Assembly: GCA_048013815.1 (NCBI GenBank)
Contig: CM106585.1
Span: 7,874,001-7,938,000, forward strand
DNA: 64,000 nucleotides
Direction: 5' to 3'
From: Setoptus koraiensis
Taxonomy: Eukaryota; Animalia; Arthropoda
Program-made: the position numbers and the translations under genes
Shown here: piece by piece, positions 38,071 through 51,214 of the stretch
Layout of the letters: each line of letters starts with the position of its first letter
How positions within the stretch are numbered: position 1 is the stretch's first letter
Notes under the pieces: model-generated
Told to the model about the DNA's origin: nothing
What the model saw: the letters and a program-made list of their open reading frames with translations, nothing else
Databases searched by the model: none

Positions 38071-41000
38071 TTCACTGATCGGCGGCCGACTGATCGCCGT
38101 TTCACTGATCAGTCGACTCATCGCTTGCATTACAACTTTTGTAATGTGCGCATCAATCAATCGCGTTCCATCAACAATCTTCAATCAATTGATGAGATTC
38201 GCTGATGGAAAAAGTTTACCGTTTGACATTTGGCTCGCATGCCATAACAGGCAGACAACAACTTTCGAGGTCACCATTGAGCACCTGTTGACGTTTGCAG
38301 TTGCGATGGTCAGTTGCTGGCAACAATCGGCTGGCGTGTCTCTCACCTGTAACGGGCTCACAAATATTGATATTAGGCCAAGCTGCTGCTGCTGCTGCTG
38401 CCAACCGAGCAGCCAATGAGTCATGCCAACTGACCAATTGGCGCAAACAATTATTCAATCGATCGCCAATTTGCGATCGACCATAATTATTGGTTGGCTC
38501 ACAGGCCACATGTAATCATCGTATGTACATGTAAATCATACATTAATCATGTAGTAATCATATATTGATCACATATTAATCATACAATAATCAGGCCTCC
38601 GATAAAATAAAGGCCAGCCACGCTAGGTCAAGTTGCGCCCGTTTGTATGGTCAGCTCATACAAAGTTTGCGCAGGTTGCAATACAAACATTGCCAAGCTA
38701 TCCCATGATAAGCAGATGATAGTTGCGCAACAAGCCCCCTGTCGGACAAAACAATCTTGTTGTACAAGACAACAGAGTGTTGTTACATGACACAACAAAA
38801 TGTTGTTGCATAACACAACAAAATGCTGTTGTGCCGCCTAATTAGCACTTGCCAGCAATTTAGAGAGTGGCGAGTGATAAATGGAGCTCACGAGATGCAT
38901 ATGACGAGCCTAATTATGCCATCATGTTGCAGCTATCATGAAGCGGTATGATGGCACAATGTTAATCCTGTTGTTGCCAGTCGCCAGTTGCCAGTTGCAA
39001 CCAATTGCCAACACGAATTAATTAATTACAATACAATAACAATTCGCTTGTTGATAATCGTGGGCCGGCGCCACTATGCAACGGATGTTAGCAAACGGAT
39101 ATTAGCAAATCAATGTTATTAGCGCGGACAGGTGAATAAAAGCGTTGCATCCCTCAAACAAGTGAGACACAACTGAGAAATAACTGTATAAAACTAAATA
39201 TGAGTTATGAGTTACGTAATAACATTTATAACTGACCAATCACGATCTGTTTGGTTTTGCCGTTGACCACTGTGTGTGTGTGTTTAGTGTGCATTGGTCG
39301 AGCGACCACACGAACAAGCCCTGCTGTTGGTATTGTTATGCAAACAGATGGGAACAAACAAACAAAACAAACAACAACCAACTAACAACTGGATAACTAA
39401 GGGCGACACGCGTTACTTATCTAGTTAACTAGCACTAATTGAATAAAATAAAATCAAAGCCAAGCAAACAGCAAACGGCCAACCGCTAGCCTCGTACCGC
39501 TATAAATAGAAGTGGTTGCTGCAATGGAGATGCGTAGAAATGATTTGATTTAGAGTCAAGTTTTTAGTTAAGTTCAACTGACGCTTATTCGCCGTTCACC
39601 ATTCACCATTGGCAATGGCAACAACAACAGCAACATCTATTGCAACTACGCTCAGACCACCATAGATCCAATTGAATTGAAATGGATTGAATTCAATTCA
39701 ATTGAATCCGATTCAACTCAATGGATTAGCTATTTCGGTCAAGCCGTTTCTTTTGCATTTGTTTACTTACAATAATAATCGCCAATAGTCTTGAGCGCGC
39801 CGGCCAAACAGACAGAAACAGACAGAAACAGACAGAAACAGATAGAAACGGACAGAAACGGATAGATGGACGCAACCTGAAACTATTAAAACTTTTCATT
39901 TGCATACCCATCATAGAGGCTATATGTGGCTACATACTAGCCAAGCCAGTTGATTGATAATGTATGATGTATAAATACATCATAACGTTGCCGTTGATAA
40001 TTAAGCAGCCAGAGAGAGGGAGAGGGATATGCAAATCCCCTTGCTCAGCACAGATGAGTGCTGATAATAGTAATAATATTAGTAATAAATAAACGATATC
40101 AATCAGGGTCAACAGCGATTAAGAGTGCACACATTTGGTAGTAGTAGTAAAAGTAGAGCAAGTTGTCACAAAACACACAAACATAGACATGAACATAAAC
40201 ATAAACAAAGAAACGAGCGCCGTCCAGATTTGTAAGATTTGTGAGAGTTAACAGAGTGTTTAAAATAAATAAAATGAAACGGCCATTGCGTCTGAGTCGC
40301 TGTTGTTGGCGTGGTTGTTGTTGTTGTTGTTGGCGTGGTTGTTGTTGCTGTTGTTGGTGTCGTTGTATCACCTCGGGGATAAACATGATACACATTTGAC
40401 CATTACGCAACGAGTCGGCATCTCGGTTACTCGGCGATACGACGACAACGCACTAACAAGTTGGCCAATGGCCAGTCAACCTGTTGTTGCTGGCCAAAAC
40501 AAACAACCGACTGGCTGTGTTATTTTTCACCTGTGTGACTTCACCTGTTCAGCATGCTGTTGGCGAACGTTTCAAGCGGACAGCGCATTTTACATACATT
40601 TTGCTACAATTTACTCGCTGGATACAACTCTATTTCTCTGGTTGCACTAACAACTCTTGCAAGCTCTATTTGCATGCTCGCTTCCATTTGCACTGACAAC
40701 ACAACTAATTGACGCGTATATTTTATTAGTTTGCCCATTATTTATCCGTTACCGTTGTTGTTTATTGGCCGTGTGCTGCCTTCTGTCGCTGTTGGCAGTC
40801 GGTTGCTGGTTGTCGGTTGTTGGCCGTCGGTTGTTGGCCGTCGGTTGTTGGCTGTCGGCTGTCGGTTGTTGGCTGTGGGAGCACCGGCACAAGTGATCTA
40901 CTGCAAATATACATGATACAGCACGCTTACAATGTTAATTGTCGCTGTCTTGATTCAAAACTGTGGATGGCTCAACTCGACCGTAGTCACAACGCAGCCA

Positions 41001-44000
41001 CCAGTGGCCAGACTCTGGCGAAGAGACTGGCGAACGGACTCTGGCGACTGGAGAGACCAAAGAGTTGCGTTTAATTCAAATTTAATTCAAATTTTAAATC
41101 AATTAATTAATTAACCCACCAACAAAATATTAATATATCGTCACGAGGAAGTGGCCATTTTTTCGTCTACTTTTGGTTTGGCGCCAACTTGCTGGCCGGA
41201 CAACAAACAATTGATTCAGGCAGTTTAATTAGCGTTGTGAGCGTTTGTTTTTATTCCAACAGTGTGTGTGTGTGTGTGTTGCAACAAGTCAACTGGTCAA
41301 CATGCTACACGCTGCCGGCCGAGTCATTAGTCACATTATGCAACGGACTGATCATTAGTGTGAGCCTACTCAAACCATAGGCGCCATTCAGAGGTGTCTA
41401 CACTGGCGATAATAGTGGCCGTTAATTGGGCCACTCGCTCGCCCGGCTCAAACGGTGATCAATTAAAAGTAGCAGCAGCAACAATTAAAACCGTTGACCA
41501 ATAGCAACATGAGCGGCGCATCTCGCAATTGGTCGCCATCTTTGCTCGCTGTTCGTGTTCACATACACACACACTACGTTATCATTATCATTATACGTAC
41601 ATGTATTATGTAATAATGATAATAATGATAATACTGATAATACTGTTATTACGTAACAGCGTAATGAATGTTATTGTTGCGTAATTGAGCAATTTTTGAG
41701 CATTATTGTAGCATCGTGGCATGTTGGCCGGTGCACAAAAACGATAACACAACGAATAACAATTTATAAAGTTATAAAATGCCAAAATGGCAAAGGATTG
41801 AGATTTGCAAGTTGCAAAATTATAAATAAATACATAAGGTTAGATAACGTTAAATACAACGGCAACAGGCAAATTTTGGCAAAGTTTTGGCTGCATCGTT
41901 GGCCTTGAAGCTCAATTAGTGCCAAGTGCACACCGTGTTGGCTGCCGTTTTGGGCACCTGCCGGGCTACCGCCGCCACTGCCGCCGCCGCCAGACAAAAT
42001 GGCGCTCGCAGATAAAATATAATGCAGAGCTTGCGTCGATATTATCCAATTATTTTAGGTCATGAGCGCATTGATTGAGCTGGCCAGCCGAAGAATGTAG
42101 CCGAGTGAAAATAAGTAGATTAATCAATTATGGTCAGCTGGACGCACACGCAGCCAGCGATGGTCGCACAAAGGAGAGCATCGAGGCCAGTCGCAAGCAA
42201 GTGTCAGATGGGTGCGACCACGAGATTGTGTGGCTCTTTGGCCGGCCGTTCGGCTGACCGTTCGGCTGACTGGCCACTTGTATGAGTCACACTGACAGCG
42301 AGTGGCAGTCACGGGACCGGCGCACAAATTGAAATTCAAGCCCCCCATGCAAATTGGCCTGAGCTGCAGCCAGTTGGCAAGACAGTTGGCAAGACAGTCG
42401 GCGAGCCAGTCGCAGAGGCAGCGGCCGAGACAGTGAGACAAAGGATGTGGCGCCCATAATCGATTTGGCTGATTAATCACTGTTGCGCTATTGTGAGCCG
42501 TTCATCAATGCTCACAATTGGTGATCTGATTGATTTTGGGCGCTCACGTGAGCAGAACGCGATCGGGCCGACACAAGCCACGGCTAGATCGGCGAGAGCG
42601 CAGGGCGCAACCTGAGCGCGTAACCACTGACCAAGTTTTATTTGTCGCGCAAATTGGAATCAATTGAATCGACTTGCGACTTGTGATGGGCGACGGGCGA
42701 CTCGCGACTTGTGACGGGCGACGGGCGTTGGGCGCTCCGACGCCGGCCGCCAGCAGCGGCAGTTTAATTGGCAGTTATAGCCAGCAACATTAACGGCAAT
42801 GATCAACAGGTTAACATTGGCCTAATTTAATCAAATCAGTGCGAGCCGAGGCGAGCCAGCTCCAAAGTCACCTGTACACACGCACGCTTGCTGTTAATTT
42901 AATCAACGTTGTCGGTCTTGGCCAACGGGATTATTATCGGCGGCCTGTTGGTCGGACGCCAGCAAACATCGACAGGCTGTTGATATTTGTCGATATGGTC
43001 CCGTTGGCACACAAAAGTCCACTCGAAAGTGGTCAGCTGGTAGCCAAGGGAGCATTTATCTAATCCAAATCGCCAATTTGCCAATTTGCCAATCCGCTCA
43101 TTTGCTCATTTGCTCACTCGCTCGTTCGCTCGTTCGCTCATTTGCTCGCCGGCTCGCCGGCTCGCTTGCTCATTGGCTCAATGGACGGCCGATAAAAACG
43201 CCAATAAATACCAACAAAGCAACATGACTGATGGGTCGCACAAAACGGACGCACATCATCTGACACCTCTGGCCAACTGGACTCTCGCTCTAATGAGACG
43301 GCGGCGCAAGCCAGCGAGACCCGTTAGCCGGCCGGAGCCGCTTGTTCAAACTTGTTCCGATCGCGCCACTGCCACTGCCAATATCCGATGTCCGGCGACC
43401 GATGTCCGATATTCGAGTCGGCAAACCGACACAAGCGACCAACGGCTAACTAATAACAGCCGTTCGTTATCTGTTGCTCGTTATCTGTGTGGCATCACGG
43501 CACGGCCAGCGAGTGTGTGACCAACGAATCTATGGACGGACATTAGCTATTCATTAGAGTGAATTATCGCGCTTAATTAATCATGACTCAGTTACAGTGT
43601 GTTGTTGCAGCCAGTTGTTGCAGCCAGTTGTTGCAGCCAGTTGTGTCGCCGTTACTTTCGGTCGCTCGCTCGGCCGCTCGCTCGCTCGGGCCAGGCCAGT
43701 CCGGCCCGGAGTAACGGCCAACAGATGCCGTCGCTAATTAATCAAAGTTGAGGGCGTCCTGCGAGCCGGCCACTCGATTCCATAATACGCTCGACAAATG
43801 CACTCACAGGCGGCTCATTAGGGAGAGAGCTGGCAAGAGTTGATTTAGTCAATTGTTGATTTATTGATGCGGGCTCTCTCTCTCTCACTCGCATCGCAAC
43901 AGCGAGTCGCATCCGCCGCAGCCGCCGCCGAATGAAATATGAGCACCGCTATTCATCTTCGATCGCCTATCATCGATACTTATTATTGCCAGTAACTTAT

Positions 44001-45984
44001 TGCCAATAACTTGTTGCCGATGAGTTATTGGCAACAAATGTTTGTGTCCTCGTCTCGCAAGTCGCGCCGCTCGTCTCACCGGTCATGCGCGTCTCACCGG
44101 TCACTTTTAGCCGGTCACTTTTAGCTGGTCACTTTTAGCTGGCCAGTTAGTTGGTCACTTGTGTGTTGAGCTGTTTATCTGTTGTCTAACGGACCCAAAG
44201 TGTGTTGCGCAATCGAGAGTACGTTTGCATCATGGGCAACGGGTATGTAACCGCTTTATGTTTGTCGTGTCGTCATAAACAAACATTTAACGTAGTAGCA
44301 GTTTGTGTCTTACGTAACGCAACTTAATCACACACACACACAAACACACTCACACATGTACACTTACACAAGACGCGAGCCGTGTGTCGTGTCGCCGCTT
44401 GCAATAACAAACTAACGGAGCATAATGCAACTGCAAAGCGGAAGTGATTTGATGTGTACACCTGCTGTCAGCGTCTATTACATAACATGATGCGAGTATT
44501 AGTTTGTTGATTTGAATGGCGAGCCTATTGGCAATTATTGTTCAGCCACACACACACACACACACACACACAATGCGACCAAGCAAAACACAACCAAAAT
44601 ACAAACAAACAACGAGCCAAGCTCGTCAGGTGAAAATCGGGCAGCCAATAAAAAGAGATAAAGTCTCAAGTTACATAATGCATTATGCAATGCCGAACAG
44701 CATAATGTGCTGCCGCTGCTGCATAAGTATATTCACATTTGCGTAGGCGACATGTGTGTGCCAAATAAAAACAAAGATGGCGACGAATTAATCTCGGGCT
44801 AGCCACTCTAATCCCTATCTAATCTCTGCTCATCTCTATATAATTCACATATGACTCACATGTGACTCATATACGACTCCTATATCACTTGATATACGAC
44901 TCACACATCACATTTTTTTCAACCGATACCAGCTGATACCAACAACAACAACAACAACAACGAGTCTGAGAAAAAGACACCTTGGACACACACACACACA
45001 AACCATTGTCCACTAGACAACTCAGACCACACACACTCGCGCAATCATAATTAATAAGCGACGGAAGTTGATACTGACCACTCGAGGTCCACGTTCGCTC
45101 AGGTGTACCTATCCGATCTATCAGGGTGGACATTTGTGTTTTTGTTTGTGTTGGAGTGATGAGCGATGAGCTACCAGTTCGCACACTAAATGTCAACTTG
45201 TTGCGCTTGCTCTCATTACTTTGTGCCACTAGTATACATTATTAACCGAAAATGTCAACAACACACATAAACTGTTCATGATAAACATTTATCTGGCAAG
45301 ACCTTTACAGGTGTGTTTGGATGCAAAATGTAGCAATAGCGTGTGTTCCAATGCTAAGGACGTGACGTAATGAGCAGACACTAAAATCAAATGACGATAA
45401 TTGATAATCATGACACATACGCACATGCGTTCACATGTTAATTATTAATGATGATATCCGTCACATGTTGCGCTCACTGTAACAGCCGAGCATGGTCACA
45501 TTTATAGATATATTATGAGACCAAAACAACTTCCTGTGTCACACGGTGTCCCCCAATAATTGCGCCATGTTGTTGTTGCTGTTGTTGTTGTTGCTGTCGT
45601 TGTGGACGACGTAAGCCGGCAGCAGTAACTGACACTCGGCCAGATATTAAATATTTAATATCGACCGAGTGAGCTAATAGTAAATATCAAAGGGCACCGT
45701 CAACCTTCAATTTAAATTGATTACGTTGCCCAACCGTTTTGCTCAACAGCGCCAACTGCATCAACCGTTCAATCATGTTGACTAACATTACATAACATGA
45801 TAATATATAGGCAACAGCGCCATTTTATGAAGGCGCTTAACGCATGCGACCGCGTGACCACGAACAAAGAGGCCATTTAAGAGCACCACTCACTGCTGAC
45901 CAATAGCTAAATTGCCCATTATGTGCACGTTAATGTGAACGGACCATTTGATTTTGTTGCTTAATGACAACTAACCTCCAGCTG

Positions 45985-46290
45985 TTGTAGTTGTAGTTGT
46001 AGTTGTAGTTGTAGTTGTAGTTGTAGTTGTAGTTGTAGTTGTAGTTGTAGTTGTAGTTGTAGTTGTAGTTGTAGTTGTAGTTGTAGTTGTAGTTGTAGTT
46101 GTAGTTGTAGTTGTAGTTGTAGTTGTAGTTGTAGTTGTAGTTGTAGTTGTAGTTGTAGTTGTAGTTGTAGTTGTAGTTGTAGTTGTAGTTGTAGTTGTAG
46201 TTGTAGTTGTAGTTGTAGTTGTAGTTGTAGTTGTAGTTGTAGTTGTAGTTGTAGTTGTAGTTGTAGTTGTAGTTGTAGTTGTAGTTGTAG
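45985..46290. repeat. (TTGTAG)51 perfect hexanucleotide array
   Basis: 306 bp of uninterrupted repeat; it produces the poly-T/(LQ)n/(NY)n ORFs in the track. Confidence 0.97.
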
Positions 46291-47200
46291 TTGCGAGCAG
46301 CACAAAATGAAACCGAGACCGACGAACAAACACTCCGGCCACCACTCATGCAAACAACAACAACAATAATATTGTTTTTGTTGCTCAACTAATAATCAGT
46401 GTTTAATGGTCGCCTAATGAACTTGCTGGCTGACTTTCAAAAAGTCAGTGCCAGCAATTGCCAGGCTGTGTGGTGGTGCTTTCAAGTCAGATATGACATT
46501 ATAATGCAATAATTTGGAAACAATTAGATCGTGTCCAGAAATAATTAGTCGTCATCGACGCTTAGCTAGTATAACAAATACGTCGATTGTGTTCGCTAGA
46601 GGCTAGATTCGAAGCTAGCTGTTATACATCAGTGGCATAGGTGATAGCAGTAATAATTCGGTCATCGTCAACATTGACAAGAGGCAAACAACGACAACAA
46701 TGGAAATAATTGATATTTACACAATTGCGATGCTTTTAAAGGCGCCAATGATGCGGTTGATGCGTATGACGCGAATAATAAACACACACACACACTCAAA
46801 ACAAACAACCCAAACTAACGCTCTCTGCTTTGATTTGGCTTGTGTGGTTAGGTGTTTAACTACAAACATTAATTGCAATCTATATTAACCACGAACTGAC
46901 AATTGGGGGCGCGCGCGATAAACATGATTTGCTTAATACCATTAGCGAGCGCTTGGGTTTGGCACTAATTTGCTCACTCATTTAATTACGCACACCTCCA
47001 ACAGGCATGCCTCATATGTATGTGGCTAGATATAATATTTTTAGTTGTGGTGGTGATTACATCAAGTTTCTTCACTCAGGCGTTGATTAATCGCCGTCAT
47101 TAAGTACACACACAAGCACGCATGGTCAGGCTGGCAATTATATTCTTAGCATCATCGTTGTTAAGCGATCACCGCAACAATTGAGGCCAACAAAGTTGCT

Positions 47201-47428
47201 CTAGAAATTATTGCCATGACTATTTGTGTTGGCACATCTCATCGCAAACACAGTGTCTAGGTGTGCATATACGACGTCTATGATGAGGCGTTTAAGAGGC
47301 GAGGTGTATATGTATGGAGGCGGCCCATTGACACTCAACGAACTCGGCATCATTTTCGGGTATTGTTTCATGATTGATGAGCGAAATCTCTTTGTTTGTT
47401 GTTTGTAGCCGTGGTGCCATTGCGGTTT
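47201..47428 (-). CDS. Candidate second/terminal exon (75 aa, KPQWHHGYKQ...HGNNF-stop) of the 47.6-48.9 kb ORF
   Basis: Acceptor TGTGTTGTAG at 47429, 168 nt from the phase-0 donor at 47596. The phase-0 frame is open for 75 codons to TAG at 47201. No recognisable domain. Confidence 0.35.
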   Translation of the reverse strand, partial: KPQWHHGYKQQTKRFRSSIMKQYPKMMPSSLSVNGPPPYIYTSPLKRLIIDVVYAHLDTVFAMRCANTNSHGNNF

Positions 47429-47596
47429 CTACAACACACATGATAGATCTAGCTCACAAACAACAAATAAGTGACCCAAACAGCATCATCAGCTAGAACG
47501 ATGATGGCAATAAAGTTAAAAGAAGCGAGTTGCTGTATTCTAACAGCAACCAAAAGCAAAAGTGTATAATAATCAATGTCGCAATGGCAAACATAC

Positions 47597-48943
47597 CTTG
47601 TGATAGGATATCACATCTGACCAGTTGTTACACTCAGACGAATAGGTGAACGATGTCGTCTGTTGATCCCTTGATGGCGATGATGAAAGTGTTACTTGTT
47701 GCTGCTGGCGCTGTTGTTGTTGATCACATGGTAAAATTGGCAATTCTTTAGTGTCATTTAGTGACGACGACGATGACAACAAACAGTGATCATCATCGTC
47801 GTTTTCTTCTTCGTCATCACCGTTGATATCACTATTGTCAGCAACCCTATTAGAGCGATGTTTGTGTTGCTTCACATTATCTGCTGTTGTTGATTTATTA
47901 TTAATTATATCTCGATCAACCATTAATAAATTGGCGGACATTTTTGGTGACACATTAGTTGGCAATAGTGGTTGTGCGATATTACACCTGTCGACATCAT
48001 TATTATCGGTTTGATAGGATAATAATGACGATGCCGACGATAACGATGATGAGCAAGAGCACGATGAGGAGGACGTAAAATAGGTGGCCAATTCAACATT
48101 CGAATGGATTCTCAATGTTGGACTAGCATCATCACCATCATCATCATCGTTAGTGCTAGTTGTTATGATGGTTGGGGGTATTGCGTGTTGTTGAAGATCA
48201 TGATGATTGTTGGCACTTGTTGCTAATATGTTATTATCATTATTATTTTTACAAACAATGACACTGTTGTTATTGTTGTTGTTGTTGGCACTAATTGTAG
48301 TTGAATTACAGGTGGTGGTGGCGGCGGTAGTTGTAGTAGGAGGCTCTTTAATTGAAGTAGGATTAGTAGTGATTGTAGGCTGACTGGATACAATGACACT
48401 AGTGTTACTGTGATTGTGATGATATTGATCCACTGATGATTTAATCTTTTTATGATTATGATGTAGATAGTAGCTTTTCTGATGACTTATGGCGCTTGTA
48501 TCTAGGATATCGTCCAATAGCTGACAAAAACAATTGGAACTTAATCTACTCTCATTGAATGTCAACCACTTAAGGAATCTTCTCAATGGATAAATTTTGT
48601 AACGATTTTTACGTTTAGTGGTCAATTTCAATCTTGTTGTTGCAGAGGAAAATGTAGTGTAATGACTGACTATTGATGTCATTCTTCTGTTTTTGCGCCT
48701 TTGACGCCTCGTTTGTGACAGCGTCAGGCGCGTATTATCCTCTCCTTCTAGCGCTTTCATCTTTGGACAGGTCCGAGGTCTTGCTGTTGCTGTTGTATTT
48801 ATGCGACAATGATCATTTATGTACATGTCGTTTTTAACTCGATGAAGTCCATCTTTAACCATCTGGGGCGCCTTGTGTCGCCGTTTAACAAGGCGCGATT
48901 TGTTGGCTAGAAGCTTGTTTTGGTGGTAGGAAAGTTGTGACAT
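47597..48943 (-). CDS. Large first coding exon (449 codons; basic N-terminus then T/N/S/D-rich), unknown protein, possibly the 5' exon of the klar-like gene
   Basis: ATG at 48943 (MSQLSYHQ...). Long ORF that is not microsatellite-driven in its first third. Phase-0 donor AAG|GTATGT at 47597. Confidence 0.6.
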
Positions 48944-51214
48944 TTTGTTGCGATATATTAAGTAGATCAATAGTATTATTTGTTTGGCAAATGATCCTTA
49001 TTTATTCCTTTGGTGCTTTGTTGTATGATTTGTAGTTGATTTGTTGAAATCAATTGAGCAACATGCTAGTTAGGTATAGTGATGAGGATCGACTGTGAGT
49101 ATGTGACGTATATCGATTAACCTATTCCATTCTGTTCTGTTATTTGTAACTGTGATAACTGTTATAAGGATGTATGTGATGTGTAGTGCATAAGTTGGTT
49201 GTTGTCAACGTTGTTGTGATGTTAACGGTGCAATAACAAATTCAAGACTGGCTAGTTTTGTTAGACAAACAGACTATGCAAATCCCAAATGGTTGTAGTT
49301 GTTGTATAGCCCAACAACAACTTTAGCTACCTTGGCAGTAGCAGCGGTCTAGCTTGCGCTGAATGACAGGTTTTGAAAAGTTGATTCTGCGCAGACCAAC
49401 AGTACTCATCTCTAATCGAGCTTTTTGTGTTAGTTGCTAAATGTGCGCAAAAACACAAGCATCCCATCCATAGAAAAATAAATACTGTGCTGTGCTGTTC
49501 CAAAACACTCTAGGCATGTGTTGTGCATTCTTGTTTCGTTATTTTCTTTCTCTCTCTTTTGCTCTCACTATGATACAAGTTGTTGTTGTTGTTGTTGTAT
49601 GCAACTACCAATGCAAGTTCAATAGATTAGAATAGAATCTTTTGTATATATATAAATATAAACATTTACAAGATATCCTATTCTCAATAAATCGATGTCA
49701 AGACTAGACTGACACGGGTTGCGAATTGCCTCTTGCGATCTAAGAATTGCCACTTGCGAGTTAAAAGTTGAGACTTGGAACCACCATTTGAAATATAATC
49801 CGACTGTTGCAAATACCACGACAAGTGGTGAGTGCTTGACTGTGATGTGTCTAATGACCTTGTGTAATCGCAATGATGGCAAATAATTTCCCTTTCCTTG
49901 CTAGATGACGTAGTTATATCAACTTGTCTCTTGCCAGGTTGCCACTGCTGATGCTTATGTTTATGTCAGCCTATCGAGTATTGGAGCTTCTTCGGGCTTT
50001 GATACTGTCAATATACGTTAATTGATCGATGATGAAAGATGAGGATTGTAATAGCAATAAATAATAATAATGATAATGTGCACTATGTCTTGGACACGCT
50101 GTAGTTACTGGACAACTAGGTTGCTAAATAAGTTGAATAAGCTTCAAGTTAGTTGAGATGGTGCATGACTAAAAATGCATGGCATCCGATAGAAACTTAT
50201 GGTATCCGTTCAATCATGAGAATAGTTGATGTATAGAAATGTTATGCAAATTCAATCCTGACTGTTTCCTGTGTGATTTTTCGCTTTGCAATAAATCCTG
50301 TGTAGTCTGCAATAGATGTGATGCGCGTAATGGGTGCATGAAGTATTTGTGCTTGTGTGCTACCATGATGATAGTTGATTCCTTCAATTTCCTCAACCTT
50401 TGGTCGGCCGATCAAATTATTAGCCAATATCAACAAATATAAATTGGTGCTTCTCTTTGTGTGTTCGCAATGGATATTTATTACGAGTATGAATAAATTA
50501 ATGTAGGTAAATGTTGATTAGTCCGAGTGTTAGCAGCTAATATCAATAATGGTTAACCTCTACGATGTGACAATATGGCTTCAATAACTTACAGTGTGTA
50601 TAGATGCTCAATTACTATCGTACATGTATAATGATGTCTATCCATGTTACATAATATTTGTTAATAATCAGCAGCGCACCACAAAGCTACTGCACAATGT
50701 AATAAAGAAAACACAGTCATGTGCTTGTGCGTAAACTGCACACACACAGCACCAAACAAACAATAGAATGCAGTCATATGCGCGGCAGATGTCTGCGGCA
50801 AGTGTGCAAACTGCAGATTAATCGATAGTGACATGCTGTTGATTGGTGCATTCGATGATACACAAAGCACTGTGTCAGCGATTGTACCAGTTGCTTAATA
50901 CTATCTTTTTTATCTTTATTACTTATCTGATATACATTATTATCAATATATCACATCATAATGCGATTATCAGACACTATATGTAGCAGATTACACGACC
51001 TTCATTATGATGGCAGCGGCAATACACAGTGGACCGTACATCACCAACAGAAACACACCCAGATTTCGGATGCCATAAATTATATCTCTGCCTCCAATTT
51101 CTTACTGTCTGGCAAACCTCAGCCAACTTATCTATCCTAGTCAAAATCAAGTCCAAACTAAAATCCGGGCCCATCTCACTTCATCTGGCTAGTATTCTAA
51201 AATCACGGTAAAAA

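Noticed and set aside
44885-45229. 114-codon minus-strand frame as a klar exon
   Set aside because: Its plausible splice phases (1/1) do not fit the phase-0 junctions identified, and it has no motif; left unsupported.
45985-46290. (TTGTAG)n as an interstitial telomere
   Set aside because: It is not the arthropod TTAGG motif, it is a permutation of the local CAA/CTA microsatellite vocabulary, and there is no evidence of a chromosome end.
9970-46388. Dozens of 60-220 aa ORFs in the track with poly-Q/T/C/V/L/N runs (e.g. 10013-10477, 18723-19163, 31288-31812, 33520-34194, 45930-46388)
   Set aside because: They are stop-free because of CAA/CAG/GTT/TTGTAG microsatellites, are open in several frames and on both strands, and contain no domain motif.
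47309-47332. NGPPPY in the 47.2-47.4 kb exon as a second KASH tail
   Set aside because: It is not C-terminal and has no preceding TM segment; at most it is a PPxY motif.
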